64,000 nt of DNA, from NCBI GenBank assembly GCA_951406725.2, contig OX597823.1, positions 25,110,001-25,174,000 of the forward strand, given 5' to 3'. The notes under the pieces were generated by a model. That model ran no database searches. It was not told the origin of the DNA and saw only the letters and a program-made list of their open reading frames with translations. A program made the translations under genes and the position numbers. The stretch is from Octopus vulgaris (lineage: Eukaryota). Shown in pieces: positions 14,416-26,718 of this stretch (within the stretch, counting starts at the first letter, position 1; each line of letters starts with the position of its first letter).

Positions 14416-14532
14416 TAACCCAAGCTGTGTACGTTACCCAGAGGAAGGAAAGTTAGCTAAAGTCACACTAGAAATGACAGATAACCTTGTGCAGTGTTAT
14501 CTTCCAAAATGCCAAGATAGACCAACAAAAAT
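14416..14532 (+). CDS. CACHD1: CACHD1 exon
   Basis: ttcag|T AAC...AAAAT|gtaagt; 117 nt, (N)NPSCVRYPEEGKLAKVTLEMTDNLVQCYLPKCQDRPTK; phase 2/2 fits neighbours. Confidence 0.9.
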
Positions 14533-14699
14533 GTAAGTATTATTTCAATGTTCGTGAGAGCTGAGGGTTGGTAGAATTGGTAGAGTGGGAGATAAAAGAT
14601 CTTGCAGTTCTCATAAGTATTGGGGTAGTCAAGTATTTAGGTAGATTCAATTGCCTGTACTCTCTTGCAGAATGTGTGGTTGTACCTATGTTAAAAAAA

Positions 14700-15770
14700 A
14701 AGTGTACCACAGAGATCTGTTCTTGGCCACCTTTTATTTGTTGCATATGTTAATGATATAGATGCCAACTTAAAGAATGCCACAGTGCTGAAATATGCAG
14801 ATGACATCAAGCTGTACCTCGAAATAAAGAGGTCAGATCCTGTACACCATAGATCTCTATTGCAAACAGACCTGGACACAATGCAGCAGTGGATCATGGA
14901 CTGGCAACTCAAGCTGGCTGTGGACAAATGTACCACCATGCATTTTGGGAGGAAAAACCAGCGTCTACTTACTCCCTCCACAACACTAATCTCAAAAAGT
15001 CTTCTTGTAAATGTGACCTGGGCATTATTGTTGACAACGATTTGCGTTGGACAAAACACATCGCTAAAATTGCCAAGAAGTCTGAGGGTGTCTTGGCATC
15101 ACTCACCAAGTCCTTTGTGAGCCGCTCTCCGCCTATCTATCTGCAGCTTTATATAGCTATGGTACGAACTCACCTGGAATTTGCATCACCAGTCTGGAAC
15201 CCCTATCTTGCCCAGGATATTAATCGTCTGGAAGCCGTTCAGTGACATGCAACCAAGAGAATACTCGCCATCAGGCATTTGCCATATTCTGAACGCCTTA
15301 CTTCCCTGGGCATGGACACATTGAAACTCCAACGTCTGGCAGCTGACTTGGCAGACACCCATAAAATTATTAACCATCTTACAAACAATAACTCTGAGCA
15401 CCTTTTCAAACTCCACCTGTCTAACACCTGTGGACATGTTTACAAAGTCAGAAAACAGCACAGCTCCCATGACTTTTGGAAATATTTTTTCTCCTAAGAG
15501 TTGCTGAAGCATGGAACAGACTGCTGGCATCAGTTGTTAGTTGTCGGAACACTGCATCCTTCAAAACTTCCATGCTTCCTGAGATTTGCCTACACTACAC
15601 CTGATTTTCCCCTCTCCATACACACACAAGCATGTATCTGACTCGTACACTGTTTGCTTTCCAGGCATTTGTACATTACTGCATATACATTATATGCTCT
15701 TTTGACAAGTTGTGGTGCACCTGAGCATTGCATACAATAATTTCATTATTATTATTATTATTATTATTAA
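14700..15770 (+). mobile_element. CR1/L2-type LINE 3' end (RT, 3' UTR, (TTA)n tail), frameshifted
   Basis: PQRSVLGHLLFVAYVNDI...LKYADDIKLY...LQTDL...WQLKLAVDKC...DLGIIVDNDLRW...LYIAMVRTHLEFASPVWNPY...LEAVQ...YSERL; ends in attattattatt. Confidence 0.9.
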
Positions 15771-16648
15771 AAATCATACTCTTTGTGTCTGCTGGTGGAC
15801 AAGCAGAAGAAGTAATGCACCAAAATAATTACCTCTATGTTTTGAGTTCAAATCTTTCTATGGTTGATTCTGCCTTTTATTTTATTTATTTATTTTTTGG
15901 TTGTGGTTGCTAAAATCAGTCCTAGTCATGTTCTAGAACTGATTTTAATCATTTTAACTTCTATAATTATGGTTATAACCCTGAATAAGAACTGACAAAG
16001 CAGAGGGAACTTTTCTGTCTTCCTTGCACAGGACAAACTCTTCAATACCAGGGCATAATAAAGTGCAACTATTCTGTAAAACAGTTGGTGATGAGAAGGG
16101 CATCTAGCCATAGAAATCATGTAAAAGTGGAATGTATGAGCAAGATATGGATTCCACAAACCCTAATGCAGGCTACCAGTCTTGGCAGCCACTAACTCTG
16201 AATAAAAACTAATACAAAATAGAATGGATTTTGAACCCTTCTCACATAGAACAAATTCTTCAGTTCACTCTGACTACAGTCTTAGACATATAAAACACAA
16301 AAGTTTGGCAGTTTTTGGTTGTGTGTGCAAGATAATGCAGACTGACGACATATCTAGTGCATGCCAGCATGAAGAACAGATATGAAAGGATGATAATAAT
16401 TATAATATATACATGCTCTTTACTTCACATACTGATATATCCAATACCAAATAAATTTGACATCTATTTTGATGCCGCCATGAAATCATGGTATGGATTT
16501 AATGATGGAGTAACCTAAACACATACATATGTAATGATGCCTAAGTATGGTCACTGCAAAATAACTGACACCAGAACAAGTAATAAAGAATTTATTTTTC
16601 TATAAATTTTTGAATTTATTCTGATTGCTCCCTCCCCACCTTTCACAG

Positions 16649-16806
16649 GTCGTGCCTTGGAGTTCTTGGCTGTGAATGGTGTGAGATGCAGGATAAAGAT
16701 GGTATGATCATTCCATTGTCAAAGCCTCATTGTGCAACACAAGCCATTTGTTTCGGTGGGATACTTGGTGCTGAAACCCCCTATGGGGATCAATTACAAC
16801 AGCAAC
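16649..16806 (+). CDS. CACHD1: CACHD1 exon (PSI-like Cys motif)
   Basis: cacag|G TCG...CAAC|gtaagt; 158 nt, (M)SCLGVLGCEWCEMQDKDGMIIPLSKPHCATQAICFGGILGAETPYGDQLQQQ. Confidence 0.93.
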
Positions 16807-19800
16807 GTAAGTCTCAATTATATTTTCTTTCTTTTTATATACCCCCCCCACCTTTTTCTTCTTCCTTCCATGCCCTTATAACCATTAACACCAATATTAT
16901 TATCATCATTGTTTTTGTATACTATCATTGTTATTCCAGTGAAGACTTTTTCTTTGTATCTGCTTGCCTCACATTTCTAGCAGCAACATCTGTTCTCTTT
17001 CCAGGAAGGTCTTCCTTTAACTCTTAGATCTCACAAAATAGAAAGTGATAATTTTTTTAATGTATCAGAATTATGTCAATATGTAACCACATTGCAAGCA
17101 AGAGGCTTTTCATTGCTGCCCTATGTGGTGCATCTCTGCCCACTCAACATGTCTTTCATGTATTTCACACTACTGCTTGTTTACATCACCAGATAATAAT
17201 TGATTGTGTATGTAACTCAAACTTGCTTTCTAAATTCTTTATTGTTCCATTTTACAAGTACTTTCCATCACTAACTGAAAATACTATTTCAACTTGTGTC
17301 ATCTATTCCCATTAGACATGTCTGTACCAATAAATCTTTTCTGTGAATAAGACTATGTGGGGGAGAGTCTATGTAGTTGCTTGATTTGCAAGAAACAGCA
17401 GTCAAATCTGTCTCAAATTATACCCTTCATACCACCATCTATTTCACATACATATTCCAAAATCAGTCCCTTTCTCCAACTTACAAGTAACTTAATATAG
17501 AACATCCACTGGATTATATTGAATTTGTTACTCCCTAATTTTTTTAGATTTTAGTAGATTCTTGGTATTCTCATGTCTTGTCATAGTTGGGCCTTGTATA
17601 ATCTGTTCTTTTTACTGGAGAGACAGAGAGAGAGAGAGAGATTGACCTTTATTGTTGTTAAGCTCCATGTCAACTAGTAAGTAGATCTATGATTTAAGAT
17701 ATTCCAGCTAGGAACTATGATATTATTTATTTTTTTCTAGAGAATGTGTCTAGGATTTGTAAGATGTTAAGATATAATGTAAAGATTTGGCTGCTAAATT
17801 CAGCTCATCAAATTACCATAAAGAGTTATCCTTGTGGTCTCATAACACCATTTATTACCAATAAAGGTAGCTGTTCTGTAAAGTTTCACTGCTGCTCTGC
17901 TTTTGCAGGGACATTACAAGAAGAAACATTGTAAGTTCACTTTCTCTGCAAAAGCAGTGGTTAGCATCGTGGATCTCATAATTATCTTCTCCTTGTTGCT
18001 TTATCCTCTATATACCTCCCACCCCATACTAATCCCCTTTGCCTTCATCTTCTCCTTTATCATCTGTAGTCACATCTTTTTTGCTCTTCCTCACATTCAT
18101 TTCCGTCATTCTTCTCACTTTCATTCTTCTTCAATACATGTGTCATTTCATGCCCTTTCTCCCCACAGCATCCATTGTTGACCTTATAACCATCATACTC
18201 TGCTGGTTATTGCTTCTTTTCTTCCCTTTTGGCAGTGCTCTGTTCATCCATTGAGCCATTCCCATTTTCTTTTTAGCCTTCTCTGCTGCTTCATGTTCAT
18301 TACCTATATTTCACTTGCATAAATCATTGACGTCTTACATATGCAGCATATATATTCCCCTTCAGTATCAGCAACTCTCCTGTTCTCTTCATTCTAGCCA
18401 CTGTCACTAAGTTTAATCTATCTTTTCCATTCAACATGTCTGTTGAATAACAAAACATTTTCACACTTTCCTTCTTCATGCCTTCTCCAAGATCCAGCTC
18501 AACATTCCCTTCATCTTCAGTTCACACTCTACATGCCTTACATTTAAATGTTACTACCACATTAGTTTATAACTCTCTCTCATCCCTAAAATTTTCAGTG
18601 AACTCAACCACACATTTAATGGAGTTCATTGCAACACCTATCTACATATCACACACTGCCATTTTCTTGTTCTTTCCATCTTCGCCTGCTTTACTACTTG
18701 CCATCGTCTTTGTGTTTCCAGTATCCAATATCCACCTTTATACCTTTTTCCTCCACACTTTCCTTCCATTTTTTTCTTTTCTTTCAGTTTATTCACCTCT
18801 CTGTTGTTAACACTTGATTGTCTGTATATAGTAACTCCCATGGTTACTCCACCCTTCTTCCCCAATTAATAAAGAAAGTTAGTCATCACAAAAATGTCTT
18901 CTGTCAGTTAAATAGAGGCACCACAAGTAACTGTCTGTTTATCTGTCAGTCAGTGATGCCACAGATATGCCTTTTGTACAGAGAGCATTAATGTTTATAA
19001 TATCTAATACAGGGGAGAGGAGTATGTTTGATTAAATAAATCCTAGTTGTTGACTTATACTTATTTTAGTGATCCTTGGTAAGATGAAAACAAAGTTAAC
19101 TGCAGGATTTGATCTCAGAATGTAACAAGACAACTACATACCACAGGGTATTATGTCTACCGTTTTACAAATTCTGCTAATTAATCACCTTTAAAATGTC
19201 TAATATCATTACCAGTCTGTCTGAAAGAATGTTTCTTTGTGCCTTGTGAATCTTGTATTTTCTTGATATTCTCATTGTCCTTGATCTATCGTAAAAGGCA
19301 TTATTAGGTGCACTGTATCAATGACTACAATATCCTGTATACCCTGTATTTTCCTTTAGGAAGTTACACAACCATGTAAAATCTTCATCTTTCTCTATTG
19401 CTGATGTGAGGTGAAGTAGCACTGATGATCATGCAGTCCATTGTAAATTATTATCTTGTGTACTACCAGTCCTTGACACTCTTTTACAAATCTGTCACTT
19501 ATCTGTTTAACAAATGTTTAATACAAAAACTGAAGTTAAATACTGATATAATTTAAAAGAACCACCTTGTATTCTGTTACTAACATTTGTGAATTCAGCT
19601 TCAACTGGGTATTGAAACTGATTCAGTTCTTTAAAAAAAAAAAGCATGGGAAACAAAATTGAATGTAGGGTAATATATCTGTTTCAGATGTATGTAGGTT
19701 ACACTCATGCTGTATTTGTATAATTTGTATGTTGATATTAATTTTAACTGTATTAGTAGTTATACAAATCAGTCTCACTAACCTTGGAGGACTTTCAAAG

Positions 19801-20094
19801 GCCATGGACACTACACCATCTCCTGACTTAGTCACCAGACTCGGCTTATAATGATTATTGAGACTGCCCTTTCACTTGACTAAGTCATTAATCTCAGAGG
19901 GCTTGTCAAGGTCATTGGAATGTTCTCTCCACCTGACTAAGCCATAACAATTTTTTTTAAAATTCTAATATTTAAAAATTTTCAGACAGTTCTATGCAAT
20001 GTAATCCTTTCAGTTGTTGTTAGCTACTAAGTATTCATTAAAAGATTGCCAGAGGTTTTAAAAAAAAAATTCTTAACAGGTTTTCTGTTTTCAG

Positions 20095-20322
20095 CAGTGA
20101 TCCAAGATGCTGAGCCTGTAAATGTAAAAACTACTCCAGTTGGTCCTGTTGCTGGTGGAATCATGGGAATATTTCTGGTTCTTGCATTGAGTGTGTATTG
20201 TTATCGTCATCATGTCCACCGGTCTTCTCACCAGTATGTCACGTCTTTACCAGACAATCAAGCTCGTATGTCAAACTACTATGAAACAGAAGAACCTGAA
20301 CAACATGAAGAACTTGGTGCAG
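20095..20322 (+). CDS. CACHD1: CACHD1 exon encoding the transmembrane helix
   Basis: ttttcag|CAG acceptor (NAGNAG, exact start uncertain), GCAG|gtaggt donor; ...KTTPVGPVAGGIMGIFLVLALSVYCYRHHVHRSSHQ... with the CACHD1 PVGPVAGGIMG signature. Confidence 0.92.
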
Positions 20323-22627
20323 GTAGGTGAAGGGTCTCTTAAATATAAGAATATGAATGGATGAATTGATATGGTACTCTACAACTTGTTAATGGACATA
20401 AACTATTATCAGCACTGCATTGTGTCTGCAATAAAAACACTTAATTCACAAATGTCTTTGCTATAAATACATGCTGTAAGATAGGAACTACTCACTGCTG
20501 TAATACTTAGAGTACTGTGCGATTAGCAATTGCAGCAGAGAGCTTGTTCTTCCCCCAAAAAGATTAGGCTCTGTCAAGCTAACTTGCCTTGCATATATAC
20601 TACATGAAGAATAAGTTTCCACTGGTGCTACTTAGAGCCATCTGTTAATAAGACTAACCAATCCCTATCTGATATATGTCGATAGCTGCAGTAAATGTTG
20701 TTATAGTGCCTGGCTGACAATCAGTCAGATCAACAGATATATCTCAACTTCTCTGCTGATTACCTCATCAGGACACTTAACACTCTAGCTCAGTTGACCA
20801 AGCTACAAATACAGACTATACAGTGGTACAATTCATATTCATATACAACAAATATGCATGTGCATGTACACACACATGCACATAATGAGCTTTTTTCAGT
20901 TTCCAGCTGACAAATTCATTTACAAGCCTTTGCTTGAACTGGAGCTGTAGTAGAAAAAGCTTGCCTGAAATACCATGCAATAGAACTGAACTTAAAAGCA
21001 TGTAGTTGTGAAGTGAACTTGTTAGCCATAGAGCCATTCCTCTGCCTATGATATATATGTGTGTATGTTCATTTTCATGCAACAGTGTAAACAATGTAGC
21101 GGTAATAGGACTTGAATTTTATTTAAGCTGCTTTTGTCTGTTACAACTTATGTAACAGGTATCGCTTTGTTATGAAACAGTCATTGTCTGTGTTTTACTT
21201 ATTCCATTCCTTACCTTTTAAGATTTTTATTCTCATTTTTAACAACTTAAGTTAGTAAACCATGAGTTGTGTGGTGACATCAACTTATTGAAATTGTTTT
21301 AAATTTCAATATGGAACAAAGTGTGTAACTTACAAAGCTAAAGCTGGATTTGTGCAAATTTCCAGTTTTAGCTTTGGTATGGTGTTTCTGGTTGGATGCC
21401 CTTCCTAAATGTCAGCCACTTTAGTGTGTACTGGGTTTTATTTTCGTGCCACTGGCACTAATGAATAACTTAGCAAAAAAGACTGCAATGTTAACCCATC
21501 TGGCACTTTAATAATTTCTTCAATCCACCAACTTAAATGATGAACTTTCTTAATATTAACGAAATTAGTGTTAAAGTAATACAACTAATTGTGACAAAGG
21601 AAAGGAAATTAACTACACTGTTTCTACTCCACAAAGTGTAAATGGATGGCAGAATTTGTGGGGTGCTGAACAAAATGTCTTGAAAATGCATTTAGTTGAG
21701 TACTTCTGTGTTCTAATTTCAAATTCTGTGATGATCAATTTTCCATTTTATTCTCCCAGAGTTTTCTTTATGATGATGATGATATTCATTATATATATTT
21801 GATATCATAACCATGGTTATGCATATATACAATATAATCAGCTAAAAACTCTTGAAGGTGCTCCAGCTTGGTTACCCTCCACTGAATGAAACTCAAAATA
21901 GTCTAAAATAATTATGCTATTAATAGTAATGATTTCCTAACATCAGCACATGGTCAACATCTCTGAAGAAGGCATAGTTGATTAAATTGACATTCTACTC
22001 CAATACTTCAGCTGGTACTTATTTTTCAACTCTAAATGAATGAAATGCAAAGTCAAACAACAAATTTCAAACTTGGACTGTAACAGTACTTTGCAAAAGA
22101 CTGCAATGTATCTTATCTCTTGTTTTATCAATTTTATTAACCTACTCTGTTATTAATGTTATTGAACTTGAAGCTTTACCTGTTCCAGGATCGATTAAGA
22201 CTAATTGATCCCTAATCACTGTGCAAACATGATTCCCCACAACCCTTTCATTGTCCAATTGATATAACATTAAAACAGAAGGCTGAATATGAAATAATGA
22301 AGTAAAAATTCAGTTCCTTCCAAGTCAGGACCCATTACTATATTAGATATATAACTTTTTGTTTTAATATGTTTAATAATTAAAAAAAAATTAATTATAT
22401 AATTTACCTTTTACGCAGTGGTAAATCTGGCACTGGAAAAACTGTGGCACTCCCCTTTCTTGGTGCCTTAAGCATGTGCTTATTTTGTTTAATGAGTGAT
22501 CTAACCCTCATATCTGTAATACATACTTCTATTTGTTAAAATTAATACGCCTATGTTTATTTCAGTTCATATTTTATGATTACACATTTATGTTACCATT
22601 TAACAATTTGAGAAATCTATTTTGCAG

Positions 22628-23049
22628 GACACACCAATTTTGTTTTGGCACCATTTGAAAATGCTGCAAGTATTTCTCCATACCGCGTGAACACAACTTA
22701 TCGTCGACCAGCCGGAGGAGACAGCGACCATGGTTATAGTACAATGACACCTCATGAAGACAGTGAGCATGCCAGCCTACCATGCCTAGAACCACTACTA
22801 ATTGGGAAGGACCGCTTCAAGCCTCCAACATATCCTAGTACCAAAGCACCCGTTATTCCTCCGCCTCCAATCATTTGCAGCCGTCGCAGCCGCAGTCCAA
22901 CACCTCCCCAGGCTCGTCTCTCTTCCTACACCCCTATTCCTGAACAGACATTATTGCCCTCCCAACAGACTGTTGTTGCCAGTACGATCCCTGAGGGGTC
23001 TCATAGTGTCATAGCAAATGTGCAAGTCCATGTAGTTGATGCTCATTGA
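22628..23049 (+). CDS. CACHD1: CACHD1 terminal coding exon (cytoplasmic tail)
   Basis: tttgcag|GA CAC; (G)HTNFVLAPFEN...GGDSDHGYSTMTPHEDSE...VQVHVVDAH*; SDHGYSTM and terminal VHxVDA motifs match CACHD1; TGA at 23047-23049. Confidence 0.94.
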
Positions 23050-25011
23050 TAAACAAACATTCTCTTATCAAAATTTGCTTATAATGTCTTCTGAAATAAG
23101 AGACAAATATCAGCAAATGTGTCCTCTTATAAATGCATATTATAATACAGACACGTGCTATTTTGTGTATGTGTGTGTTAGTGGGGTAGGGATCAGAGAA
23201 GGAATGAGAGAGGGAGGAGGTGATGTAGGTATGTATGTGCAAACGTGTGAACAAAAGAGAAGAACAAGTAAAAATGTATTTACGTAAATACCAAAATAAT
23301 TGAAGTTGCCTCTTCAATATTAACTCATCAGCATTTAAAAATTTTTTTTGAGAATGGAAAGGATGATTATAAATAGGTATTGGGTCATTTTGAATTTGAT
23401 GCTGTTTCCAGCTTAGAGGTTAAAGCTATGAGCATGTTACAAAGTAGTCTGTGATTTAATTCTCCCTGTTATGTATGATAACTTTTTTTTTTATTTTGAA
23501 ATGGGAGCAGTGGAAACCCTATCATTTATATTTGAGAACCTTGTTAAACTTTTATTTAAAAAAAAAATCCAGAAAAAGAGACAAAAATATGAAATGAAAC
23601 AAAAACAAAAAGTGAGAAAAGCAATGAGCATTAACCTTACACATTATTTGTTTGTTCCTTTAACCCTTGCAAGTATACACCTTGACCACACACTCACACA
23701 CACACATTTGAAGCACCTCTACAGTTTCTTGACCTGCTAGATGTAGCAGCCAGATCCTTTCAAATAACACCCTATCATATATATAAAAAAAGAACACATT
23801 AAAGAATTTAGTCTTTATCTGAATATAATACATGGGGCTGGAACATCTTTGATCTGCTGGATGAGGATTGATCTGGAACTAAAAACAATAAGGGCACATT
23901 AGATAATGTAGTCCAAGACAAACATTGTCCACAAAAAAAAAATATGGATGGTCATGGCTAAAACATTTTTGATCATTGGTCTGCTCAATCAATGCTGACC
24001 TGGGGCTAAACAACTACATTTAAATCTGATAATAACCATTTGTAGCTAATTAGGTATCAAAAATATTAAACCACTCATTTTACTTAAACACCAGTATTTA
24101 TCTAAACATTAACAATGATTACTTCATTTCATGACATTATTAAAATCAGCAAGTGTGTGTGTTTGTGTCTTTTGGCATTTTAGTTTGAAATAATTATTTT
24201 TCTGTCCAGTATGAAATATTTAAAAAGCAAAAGATGAAATAATTCCTTTTGTCAAGTTTAATCTCATTGTATAATAATAATAATAATAATAATAATGATG
24301 ATGATGGATATTCTCCAAACTGCATCTCTGTAGAATTTTCTTAAGTTGAAAGAGAGATATAATTGTATTATGGTAGACAGAAAGATGTATTTTCTCATAC
24401 ATCTGCATTTGGATAGGAGTAATTGAACTACAGTTTTATTTCTCCGAATATATGAGGGCAAAAGATTTTTTTTTTATCACCCTACCAGAATTTCCCTGTT
24501 AATGTATTGTTACTTTCTCTCTCCTTCTGTGTATTAATGTCATTCTCTCTCTCTCTCTTTTCCTTCTCATACATTCTCTCACAACCAAAAAAAAAGTCTT
24601 TTCCCATCTCACTGTATATACATAACATGTCCAGTGTTCATTAAATAACAACCATAACCTTTAGCCAGAACTAAGTTTGATCAAACAGTTCCCAGATAAC
24701 CATTTATTTATATTGAACTTTCATTTATTCAGTTGAGACCTTTTCTCCTTTCAAATCTATCCTTTAATCCTCTCCCACCACTCTTCTTCCAGATGTATCA
24801 CAGTGATTGCCAGAAACAAATACATATTTTTTAATTTACAGCAGAAATCTGTAGATACTTCACGAATATTTTCAACAGCCGAAGTTTATTTTATGTCATT
24901 TCTTTTTTTTTATTTCTAATTTTCTTAATTATTATTTCATCATGATTTCATTGCCATCTAGTGAATATATATTCATCTCTGCTTGCATTCTCATATCAAT
25001 GATATATGTGT

Positions 25012-25052
<41 letters not shown>

Positions 25053-26355
25053 AAAGCACATAAGTGCAAAACTTTTGTATTGTTTCAAAAGTTCATTTGT
25101 GTCTAGTACACTAAGTTATAGTATATTTAAAGTTATATATTATGATGCATAAATATTTATATAAATTATATTTATCATACATATATAAGATACATATATT
25201 ACATATATATGTATATATAATATACAAATAACATATATCTGTGAATATAATTGTATAAGTTCTTCTAGAGATGATAGATGTTACTGAATGGTCTAAAACC
25301 TTTTATCTAAATTTTTCCCTTATTAATGTAGGTTCAGCAATTAATATATTATTATTAACTAGAAATCAATATTTGAAACATCTTTTCTTGCTAAGCCATT
25401 TCCATTTAGTGGTGATTGTATTCTTGTCAGTGTCCACCATATATTCCATGTAAGTCTGACAAGAAAATAAAATGACACACATATATAATAATAATAATAT
25501 TAATAATACAAAAATGTATTACTGTTAGCACTGTTGTGTCACTGAGGACTGAGTCTTTGGAATCACTTGTGTCACATTCCTGGCAATAATGTCTGTTAAT
25601 TTGTTAATTCCCTCCAGTTCTTCTTTTAATTTCAGTCAAGTCTTGTTATATAGATAAATAGGATTTAAAAAAAAATAATTAGATAATGTTAACTATTTCG
25701 ACAAATCAAAAAAAAAGTTATAAAAACCTTAATAAATGGGCAAACAAGTGACCCCCTACCTCTTCTTTTTACCATTTGATAATTACAAAAAATATCCAGT
25801 TAACACTTCTTTAAATACTGATCTCAATTCTCTCATTAAACTAACTATAATAAAACAGAACAGGTGTTTTGTTCTCTCTGACGATATTTGTTCTATTGAA
25901 TTCTACCTGACTCCATAATATCTTAAAGCAAGGTGATTGAAGGTGTTGGAAATTATGGAGAATCACAGCAAGCCAACTTCATAGAGTGGCAGTCAGAGAC
26001 TATCAACTGAAATATGGATTTGGAGATGCAAATTCTATTATCAATGCTGTGCTGTATCCATGCCCAACACTCTCAGTGGCTCATCTAGATGATATAGTTA
26101 ATAGACAGGGGCTCCTCCTTGCTCTATCTAATAGGAGTATTGTTGAAATTTGTAACTGTTTTGTTGATTGGGCTTGGCTAATATGTCTTGCCCTGGATAT
26201 ATGTATGTTACATGAAGTTTTCAATAGCCTATTGGATCACTGATATATATATATATATATCTTTATATAAATATGGATAAGATCGTTATTTAAATATCGA
26301 ACTTATCAAGTGGCCAGCATGGGAATAAAAACCTTTAAAGGTAATAATTATTATT

Positions 26356-26718
26356 AAAATTATAATTTAGGATATCTAAGAGATATCACCACACTTGAAA
26401 TAGCAGCCAAAACTTGACTCTAAAACCACATTAAAAGTTCATACAGCACCAGGAGAGAAGACAAAATATACACAGCACATAAATACAAGTATATATATTT
26501 GTATTTATGTGCTGCGTATATTCCACTGATGAGGCAAAGCATTTCTTATGCAGAGCCAGAAATCCAAGATCTGGAATTATCCACTAATTTTTTTACTAGT
26601 TTTGTCTTTTTGTCTTCTCTCCTGGTGCTGTATGAACTTTTAATGTGGTTTTAGAGTCAAGTTTTGGCTGCTATTTCAAGCGTGGTGGTATTTCTTAGAT
26701 ACCCTAAATTATAATTTT
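26356..26718. repeat. 111-bp inverted repeat (26356-26466 / 26608-26718) enclosing a 58-nt hairpin and a hammerhead motif; probable PLE pseudo-LTR remnant
   Basis: Arms are reverse complements with 4 transition differences; (TA)n runs on both sides. Confidence 0.9.
26520..26577 (+). ncRNA. Type I hammerhead ribozyme motif
   Basis: Stem I ATTCCA/TGGAAT; core CTGATGA; stem II GGC-aaa-GCAT-ttctt-ATGC-aga-GCC; one extra A; GAAA; stem III (A)TC-caa-GA(T); AUC cleavage triplet ending at 26571. Confidence 0.72.

Noticed and set aside
17900-18870. Several hydrophobic 60-110 aa ORFs
   Set aside because: CT-rich low-complexity intronic sequence, probably an ancient repeat; no recognisable motifs.
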